A DNA stretch of 64,000 bases from assembly GCF_000150275.1 (NCBI RefSeq), contig NW_002060969.1, positions 558,001-622,000 of the forward strand. The letters are read 5' to 3'. This stretch comes from Trichoplax adhaerens (Eukaryota; Animalia; Placozoa). Below, piece by piece: positions 54,493 to 64,000 of this stretch. How positions within the stretch are numbered: position 1 is the first letter of the stretch; each line of letters begins with the position of its first letter. The notes below the pieces were generated by a model. That model searched no databases and was not told the DNA's origin. It saw nothing but the letters and a program-made list of their open reading frames with translations. The position numbers were made by a program, and so were the translations under genes.

Positions 54493-57400
54493 AGATTTTC
54501 GGGCTTTACACTCAAAATTGTTATTTATGAGATTGCACCCACGAACTAGTAAATGAACGTTAATACGTCTTTAGCGTCGGCCATAAACGAACGGTATCTA
54601 AATTTAAATTTTTTTATAATTTCGTTAGCGTACAAGTTAGATTATATTTAGGCTTCTAAAGTTTGCTTTGTAAGCAATCGATAATTGACTAACATCCTAT
54701 CCAACTGTAGTACATGAAATCCAAGTCATATAAGATCGAATTATGGGATCGAGCACAGAATTGCTCGCCTATTAAGGGTTTTAACGTAGGTTATTTTTCG
54801 TCTTATGCACTAATAACATGCAATGGACATCATTTTTTTAATTAATTTGACTATGATTTAAAATTCGGAAGACCCAATCTAAGTAACAGCCGACAGGAAT
54901 CTTATTCACAAGCTATAAATTTTGAAATTATTAATGCGGATTATGTTTGTAGCCAATTATAGCACTAATTATTACGTAAGTATATAAAATTCTCAAAGCT
55001 ATTATATTATTTAGATATAATTTTTTAATTCCTGAATAGCCTATAATGTTCGAAAGGTTGTTTTCAAAAGATAGTTCGCAAATCTAATAATGCAGCACTA
55101 ATACAGCTAAATACTTTTGTTCAAAAGCACTACAAATATTGAAGTGTTTAAGTTCTTTCTTCATAGTTAACAATATCACCCTTACATGCAGCATAGCTGA
55201 TATCAGTATATGAGCAGAGTGTTATATGATATTCTTGGCAATAGATTAAAAAGTAGAATAAATTTAACTGATTAAAAATTAACGTAGGGCATTCGTCGTT
55301 TACAGTATTGCAATTAAGAGCGACTAATATTGTAACCGCTACGATATCTAAAGATCATTGTTTGATATTAATAGGAGCATTTCCATGCAATAAATAGATG
55401 ACAAGATTCTTTATCACCCGTAAAGTATGCAGCATAATGTAATGAAGATTAATTTTTAGAATTCTCCTTTAAGCTTTTATATTATTTTCATAAGTATTGC
55501 AGCTTTAAAAATAACTTAATTTGGTTTAACTTAGTATCGTAACATATTGTAAACCCGACTCCTTTATTCGGGTTAGAACTTAAGAATATTCTGTAGCATA
55601 ATTTTGATAAGAATATCGCGATATTAGATTGTAATTTACGTGATATATTTGGTCAGTATCATACTCATGCTTCATTCATGATAAAAACTTGTAGCCCATT
55701 TTGATTAAAAAATACAGTAGAAATAATGTTACTTCGTTATTGAATACAGTGCAAACCCAAACGTTTCGATATAGGTTTTAATTAAGATTGTTAGTCTGTC
55801 TTAGTCTTTTTTATAGGTCTATATTATATAATGAAGAAAAGTATAATTTGTAGATTTAGTAATACTGGGAATCTAGGGTACAATTTATCTGATCATATGT
55901 ATTTGATTGCTAGTTTTTTTTGGAATACTTTAGAATAGTAATTTGATAGTCTGATATCATCAACTGCTCTGCGCAGCATACGCATGTAAAAGGCGACGTA
56001 GTTCAGTAGAAACGTAGTTCAAGCCTTAGTTCAAGATAGAAAATGGGGAATGAGATTTTCCTAAATTCATGAGTAAATCATATTTTACGTTGGTAGTTTG
56101 ATTGGTTGAGACAATAAATTTTGCTCTTACTGTAATTTTTAATTGATTTTTACAAGTTATTCGCTAAATTCTAAATAAACTGGTATTTTCCCGTAATTCT
56201 CCTAGTTTTGGGGTTTAAAAGTTGTTGGATTTACTTAAACTTTTACGTCCGTTATTACTATAAAATATTCCTGTATCAAATTTTCCATGATTTCCATACA
56301 GTACTACCATGTATTATTGCCATAATAACCGAATTTATGAATTCCTACCGAGTAATTCACATGTACTTGTTTTATAAATTTAAGTTTGTGCATCTTTATC
56401 ACTTCATTTATCATCATATTTCATTCACACTAGTAAGGACTATGAATCTAAAGAATTCTTGTTATTATTGAGCTATTGTCTATAGGGTGCACCCATCAGT
56501 AAGAGAATAATACTATTCTAGACTTCTCTTACAAAAATATTTTAGGTGCAATGAGTTTTGAATTTTATGAACATATGAAAATACGGCTTTTCCTATTTTA
56601 GAATGCTAAGAATAGCATTTTTGTGGCCGTATTAATTTCGTCATATTTTATTATTTTTTTATCGAACGTCGAAGATATTATTAATTAATTGAGATAAAAC
56701 TATTATTTTATTAACTATAATTAAGCCAATTTTACCTTGAAATTTTGTATCATTAAAACGTTTACAATACATTAAAAATGAGCAAATAACCACCGCATTG
56801 CTGGCACTCTGATGCTATTGTCTTCTGCCGCACATCATTTCTAACAGTATCAATTGAGGCTCGACTGTCACAAGATTGGAACTAAAAATGAAAATGTAAA
56901 CTACTTCACTCAAGGATAGGGTACTAACTTGTTGTCATATATAGTGCATTTCTTTTTATGCTAACGTATACTGGTGTCAAATACTACTACATCGCAGACA
57001 ATTGCATAATTAATCATGGTTTGTCATGAAATGCGTATTACTGAAGTTATAGAGAGATATACAGACTTACTAACTATATTATACGATTAAAGTTATCTTT
57101 GCATGTATTCTCATATCAGTATATTTAATAAAGTAAATTATTGTGATCCAACAAAGTAAAAAGGGTATATTTATGAGAGCACACAGTAGATAATGCAGGA
57201 TTTATGTTAATAATTATAATCTCATAATCTATGAAAGTAGATTATAAATAAGAAAAAGACATTTAGAATACGATGTATACATTTAACTTCAACGATAAAA
57301 TTATTCTTCATTCTCCTTAATATTTGCCATCTTCCTGCTAAGTACTATGTGTACAGTAAAATTTTACTGTTACAGTAGTTAAAAAATTAAAATTTGATAG

Positions 57401-58393
57401 GTTCTACGTTACTCTATAATTATAATTCTAACATCGACAATAGAAATTGTAGTTACGTGATCATACATCTATGCACCTTTGTTAAATAAATTATAGTGGT
57501 TTCAGGATTTTAAAAGATAGGTCAAATAATACTAGTGCTATAATCAAAATTTTTACAAATTCCCATGATTTCTAAATGATTACTAAATCGATTGTTTCGC
57601 CCAATTCAAAGACGGCGCATAGTATGATGATTTTTTACTTCAAACTGAGCTTTATAACCAGCATATACCATAAAGAAATTTCATCCTTTTAATAAGTTAA
57701 ATTAACAAAGTGACAGCCAATGTAAACATGCAATAGCCTCCTTTTTATTCCAAGGAGTTGGATGACATTCTCATAAATCACTGTAGCCTTCTTCAAAACC
57801 CTCGAGTAAGTAAATTTTTATACATAGGATAAAATTTTGATATCATGGTCTTTTTATCCTGTCTTTAGCTCGTATTGCATATAATGTAGCGCCGTTATAA
57901 AACACGAAAACCTGGTATCATCATCATGTAGGTTAATTATTAGTTCACTGGCACATCTGGAAGTTATTTTGTAATTTTATTCGTTTTTGACGATTAAGCT
58001 TATACAATTATTAACGGATGAGAACATTATAATTATAGCAATCAACACTTGAACATTTTGAGTTCATTAAGTATACTCAGGATAATTTCATACTTCTCAA
58101 CATTTTATTGCTCCGTGTACAATGTGGCAGTAATTACTTGACTTGGTTATACACCAGTCATGTCAAAATATTTATTAATTGAGGGGCTTTAAGGCAATGA
58201 ACGTAGAAATTGCGAAATTGATATAAACTAATAATTAAAAGACGGAACTACAATTTAAATGTGAGGTACAGCATATGAGATGACTACAGATGTCAATTTT
58301 AGGTAAAGTTATTATACTAGACTGTCATTCTGGAAGCTACTGTAGCTATGATCTAGAATAACAAGCGGAGCTTATTCTATTAATGCAGCGGTT

Positions 58394-60196
58394 CTACTTT
58401 CCTTCATAAATTATTGGAGGGGGCTGTTTATATTCCCTTTTTCTATTTATCAAACGCAATTCATCTTTTAAAGCTGATTTTGCAGAGCGATCTTGATCTC
58501 CAAACCTTGGTAATCCAAGAAATAATTTTTTCTTCTGATCATAGCTTGTCGACATATCTTTAGTAAATCTTTCGCTGCTACGCCTTTTTAACATGGCCAT
58601 TGGTATTTCGTTACCGGATTCCAAATATACTGTTGGGACGTCAACAAACCCACCACTTGCTAATCCAGTTGAGTCCAAGTTCCAAATTGGTAGATTATAT
58701 TTTCCAAAAGCCTTACTATCAGGTGTACTTTGGGCGAAAGAAAGTTGATAATCAAGACTTGAGGGTTCTGTCATGCTTGTTAGATAAGCTATATCTTCTG
58801 GCATCGTGTACATTTCAGGCCCATAATTGTATAATTGCCTAGCTAACAGATTGTCCCTAGGGACAATAGTTTGCTTTGTCCCTGTTAGAAATTAATTATT
58901 CATCACTTTAACGAAGCGATATATCAGGTTTCTTTTAAAATTGAGTACAGTATACGCTGGACAATTCAAAACTAACAAAAATTATAAACAATAACAAGAA
59001 ATACTTACAAGCATCCCTTTTGTGCAAATTGATACTAGGTAGCCCATACAGCTTAGGTTCGTTATCTCTGTTGCTAAATGTAAGAGTAGGCATTCGAAAT
59101 TCCATGCGTTTACTATCTCTCTTACCAAACATAATGGGGGGTATATTTTGTCGGATACTTTCACTATTTCTCTTACCAAACGTAATGGAGGGTATACCTT
59201 GTTGGATACTTTTACCATTTCTCTTACCGAACGTAATAGAGGGTATACCTTGTTGGATGCTTTCACTATTTCTCTTACCAAACGTAATAGAGGGTATACC
59301 TTGTTGGGTACTTGCACTATTTCTCTTGCCAAACGTAATAGAGGGTATACCTTGTTGGGTGCTTTCACTATTTCTCTTACCAAACGTAATAGAGGGTATA
59401 CCTTGTTGGGTGCTTTCACTATTTCTCTTACCAAACATAATAGATGGCATTCCTTGTTGGATGCTTTCACTATTTCTTCTATCAAGGACATCAGAATTGT
59501 GAGATTGTCTGCTTACTTTGATATCTGAAATCAAGAAAGAAATCGTAAATTAAATTTTTATTGCTTAACTAGTCTACATTATGAATATATGCATTCGGCA
59601 ATGATTGCACCCTTTCATGAATGCAGTGTAAATACAATAGTAACTGTAAGCTTCCTCTGCTACTCGACATCATAGTTATCTTATATCATAGAATGAATTT
59701 ATGTATTCAAAATTTTCATTTACTCAAGTCTAGAATGTAAATATGCAAATTCTGGTAATAATAGTATCGTTTTAGTAGTACACTGTAGAACCGAAAAGAT
59801 CACTTATTACCTTCTAAATTTCTCCTACCAAAGCCTAGAGGAATAAATGTTGGTTGTTCACGCAAAGTGTGTCTCTTAGCTGATGATATAAAACGAGCAT
59901 TTCCTAATAATTATGAAGTAATCTTTTAAGAGACTTGCTTTGCACGTTCGATATCAAAAAAGAGTAATCGATTTTATAACTTTTTAGAACCATAATTACT
60001 TCAATGAGTAACTAACTGTAGATAGAATAGTTTAGATCGAAAATTGTTTACTATTTAAGATTACTACGTTATGCTTTAATATATCATGATGCCAATTTAT
60101 TCTAAACAGGTATTATTTTATTTTACCTGGCGTAGTAGCAACCACTACCGCGATCATGAGGATAGTGTAAGATAGGAAAATCGAATTCGTTGCCAT
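58394..60196 (-). CDS. SITFamide neuropeptide precursor (placozoan type); 4 coding exons
   Basis: Exon 60127-60196 is a signal peptide MATNSIFLSYTILMIAVVVATTP. Exon ~59811-59903 reads KR-HTLREQPTFIPLGF-GRR. Exon ~59009-59524 has seven 17-aa units ending F-GKR (five SITF, one SIMF, one PIMF). The last exon ends RKR-EYKQPPPIIYE-GK*. Dibasic cleavage sites and Gly amidation signals are present. Confidence 0.92.
59118..59474 (-). repeat. Coding tandem repeat, 7 x 51 bp (SITFamide units)
   Basis: Unit ...tttctcttaccaaacgtaatagagggtataccttgttgggtgctttcacta... repeated in frame; 357 bp = 7 x 51. Confidence 0.95.
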
Positions 60197-63100
60197 AACT
60201 GGAGTTTAGTAGGCTTTCTTAGTTAAAATTCAAATATGCGACTCGCTGTCTTTGGATGAGGTAAAATTTTGATTTTTCTATCGCCGTACAATAAGGAGTA
60301 CGCTCGATTTTAAAACTATCGTAGCAGTTGGTATGTATTATATAAGGTATCGTAAACTTTACCCAAATTAATATTATTTTTATTAGTATTATTATAATTA
60401 ATTAGAAGCAGAACAGATGGCAAACTAATTAAAAGATCACTACAGTCAATTGAGCAATTATGAGGATTAGAATGACGCAGATAGTTATGTATATTGCGTG
60501 ATTGAAGTTGATAAACCTAATACGTGTAAATCATTCTGATTAGATATCATGTTACTGCGTATCGGATAGCTAAAAATCAATAAAATAACCCTGATGGCTG
60601 GTAAATTACCATTCCTAACCTATTTGCATCCTATAATGTATTAAAGCATAACAAGAGTTTAATAATTGACTTTGGTATATTTGATGTGATTATCTATGCG
60701 AATATAAATAATCTCGATATTTATTTCATTTCTTCTCTTATGTCAGAAAAGCTATTTTTGGGTAGTTCTCAGTAATAGCTAAATCTATGCTATTTATTCA
60801 TATTGTAATAGTTTATTGAATATTAACTTCGTTGATTGAATCATATTCTACTAAAACCTAAATTGCTAAATCGGTATAATTACAGATTACCTAACGTTAA
60901 AATAAATTGCTAATTATAAGTAGATAAATGAGTATCTAAAAGGAATGGAAATATCAAATCAAAACATGTTTTTCTATCCTTACTTCCTCTTATTAATTAA
61001 TCCTATTTTACAGCAAAAACAATAATACCCATGTAATAATGATTTTAATTAGTGAAAACTATCTTTTAATGAACATTAAAGTGGCTACTACAAAACTCAA
61101 AACAATCTATTCAATAATTATGATTTACTAGCTATTTATATAGTAAAATTGACTAATATTAGAAATGGCAAGCATACAATGCCAAATTTTATCTTGAAAA
61201 TTACTTCTATGTAAATGCTATTTTCGTTTTTAATTAGTGACTGCTTATAGTACAATTTGTTCTAAGATATATTATTACCGTAGTTAGTGATGACAATTCG
61301 TTATTGTTTATTAAATTTTCGCCATTCGATTTGCATTGCATTCTTTATCTAATAATTAGCAAAGAATTTTCTTATAGTTGCAAAAATTACATATCATTAA
61401 TCTCAGATTCCTTCATTTCAAGTTTCTATGGATAAAATACATGATATTCTTATATAATTCTGGTGCAGACTAATTTCTTCATACCATTATAGACTAGATA
61501 ACATTAGTATTTCTATCTCCTAAAAATAATTCGAAGTCTTTCTTATGAAATGCATCATCTAAGCAATGGATTATTGTTAATTGAATAAAAGCTGAATATA
61601 AACGAAACCTTCTCATGCAGACGTAGGACTGTCTAATTCAATTATAATTATACACAAAATACAAAAAGCTACTATTCATTATAAAGTTATTATATGATGG
61701 CTATTAGTGACATGTGTGCGGTTCGACTACGGTAAATCATGGCAATATTCCATTAGTTAAACATAACATATTATTTGACCATACTTTAACATACTAATAC
61801 TTAATCGTTCTATAAGTACTGACTTCTACTTTAGTCTTTGTCATAGTCTTGATTCTTCTCTACAGTATGTCGGCATTTAATGTTCACCACATCTAACATA
61901 TTTAAAAATCGAATAACATTTTAGTATTTAAGTTACTATTCTATAACTTTTATTTTTTCCACTATTTATTTAAGCTAATAGATTCAGCATCTTATGCTAT
62001 TGCATTGTTTTGCCACATGTTACTGTATTTCCGCCTTAGCAAACAATTAAAACACTTGAACTTTGCCTTTATTTTATTAATAGGCAACTATTTCTCAATT
62101 ACACAAGCACCTTCTAAAATGACTAAAATACCAGTTCGTCATCACTAAATCCTGTCAACCTGTAATCTGATGAATAATTACCGAGTGACTATTTTTAATG
62201 GTGCGCAAGACTTTACGGTTTTATAATAACATAAGTTTTTGCATTGATACTTTTACCTAAGGGGAAATTAATGTACAGTAGTGCTAGTTTCCTAATGTTT
62301 TAAAGTATTGCAGCAAATATTGGATCTCATCAAGATCGGTATATTTCAAATCTAATTACTCTGTGCGTATATAAAAATGCAATTGATGAATTTCGTTTTG
62401 TTAACAATATCATATAATAAGTTTCAGGTTACATTATTGTTATATTCATCAACTACAATTGATCTTCTTTCTGAAGAATCTGCAGCTCGACTGCCTTGCT
62501 TATCTATTGTTAGTAAATGCATTTTCTATTGTTACAAGCTAGGGATACCTCTAACTTGCAATCAGTACTGAGAATATTTTTCCTTTATCCCATATTACTA
62601 AAAATTGGAATACCGATCAGTTGGTATTCCAATGTTAGATTAAATGAAGGCAAAATACAATGAGGCTTCCAATCTTACTATGAAATCATAATTTCTTTAT
62701 TAACGGTGAGATCACGGTTTAAATAGAATTAGGTGTTTAGAAAGCAGGTTTGGTTACACGAGGTACTTCGTCTTTAACAATTAGGCCAAATAAATTTGCT
62801 AAAGCAACTCAATTTGTACCGATCAAGTTAGTTTAATCCTCTTTAATTGACTGCGTTACTATTAAACTGCTTAATTCCTGAATATAAAGTAGTGAACATA
62901 TGTTAGGTTATCGTACTAGGATATTTCATCCAAATTTAGAAGCTGTATTTTCAATTTCCAAAATCATTCACAGTGATTAATAAGGTCTAGTTAAACTAGT
63001 TCGTAATTACTGTTTTAATCTGTATATTCCTAAATCAATAGCTGCTTATGCTTCAATGACCACTATCTATTAACTTATAGTTGAGAAACCCGTAAAAATT

Positions 63101-64000
63101 ACTGACACGTATTTATACATTATACATGTATGTAAATATAAAATATATACATATACGTATATATATATGTATATATATATATGCATGCATAATTTGAGCA
63201 ATGTATGCATGCATAAATGTAAGATGAAAATCATCCATAATATATACGTCCCGGTAATTTACTTTTGTGATACTCATGGTTTTAACATGCTAGGATTTAG
63301 GGGAAAATGTAATTCTCAACTTGACTATGACGATGATACTCTAGGCTAAGAACTTTAGTATGTAATGCTAATGTAGAAAATTAGAGTTAACGGCTCCATA
63401 TCAACTGATTTTGATCACAGATAGCAAAAAAATGATAGATATTAGCCTCTTACTCGTGCTATATAATTACAGTACATTATTATCTTTGTTTACTCTTTTA
63501 AACAAATAAACTACGTTACCGGTTGCTTACCATGTTAACTCAAAGGTATCAAGTTAGGTACTGTAATTTAATTTGTAATTTATGATAGTGATTAATAATT
63601 TTACTATAACATAAATCGTGTCCCAAAATTTACAAATCCTTTTTTGAAACGCTCTCATGCTTTATTCCATTACAGGTTTACTCAAAAATGCTGCTTAATA
63701 ATACTCAATGTGGTTTACGATACAGTAGACTATGATTTCAAAAATTTGTCAACTATAGATAGCAAACAATTATTCTTATAAATGCTATAAATAGAGTCTT
63801 CTAGAAGCTAGTAATAACAATGTGGTTAAATGCAGGTGCTAATTTAAAGTTATATTTTAGTATGTAGCTCATTTGTACACCCAATATGAGGGCCTACAAG
63901 AGTAATGATCTAATTTTTTAAATAGCTTCATTCCAATCAAGAATCTTGAATATTTGAATACAATATAGTTGTAATTGATTCCAATTAATTGAATATATCT

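Noticed and set aside
54205-54556. ORFs spanning X runs
   Set aside because: Artefacts of the N gap.
59118-59474. Possible CRISPR-like array
   Set aside because: Contiguous coding tandem repeat without unique spacers, in a eukaryotic gene, with no cas genes.
58982-59528. Alternative-frame and antisense repetitive ORFs over the SITFamide repeats
   Set aside because: They are shadows of the 51-bp coding repeat; only one frame has GKR processing sites and splices to a signal peptide.

Overview
AT-rich, intron-rich animal genomic DNA, very probably from a placozoan (Trichoplax-like). The main evidence is a neuropeptide precursor with tandem ...GIPSITF-GKR repeats (the SITFamide family described from Trichoplax), together with many short GT-AG introns. 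Genes in order: ZFC3H1 (+, 5' truncated), F-spondin (-), isobutyryl-CoA dehydrogenase ACAD8 (-), a frameshifted DDE-transposase relic, an atypical trypsin-family protease (-), INCENP (-), TMEM138 (+), mitochondrial SSBP1 (-), an unannotated secreted-protein gene (-, ~45.5-49.6 kb), a 200-N assembly gap, and the SITFamide precursor (-). The most striking object is the 45.5-49.6 kb gene, which the ORF track barely shows. A signal-peptide exon is followed by at least 12 symmetric (phase 0-0) micro-exons of 30-57 nt. Each encodes roughly one short peptide, including a Gln-initiated, Pro-rich ...PIYF-R family. This is a 'one exon = one peptide' precursor that could be spliced combinatorially. A second pattern: arrays of the palindromic TACAG/CTGTA pentamer cluster at the 5' ends of the housekeeping genes and are absent from the secreted-protein genes. 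Exon boundaries were read by eye and need RNA-seq confirmation.
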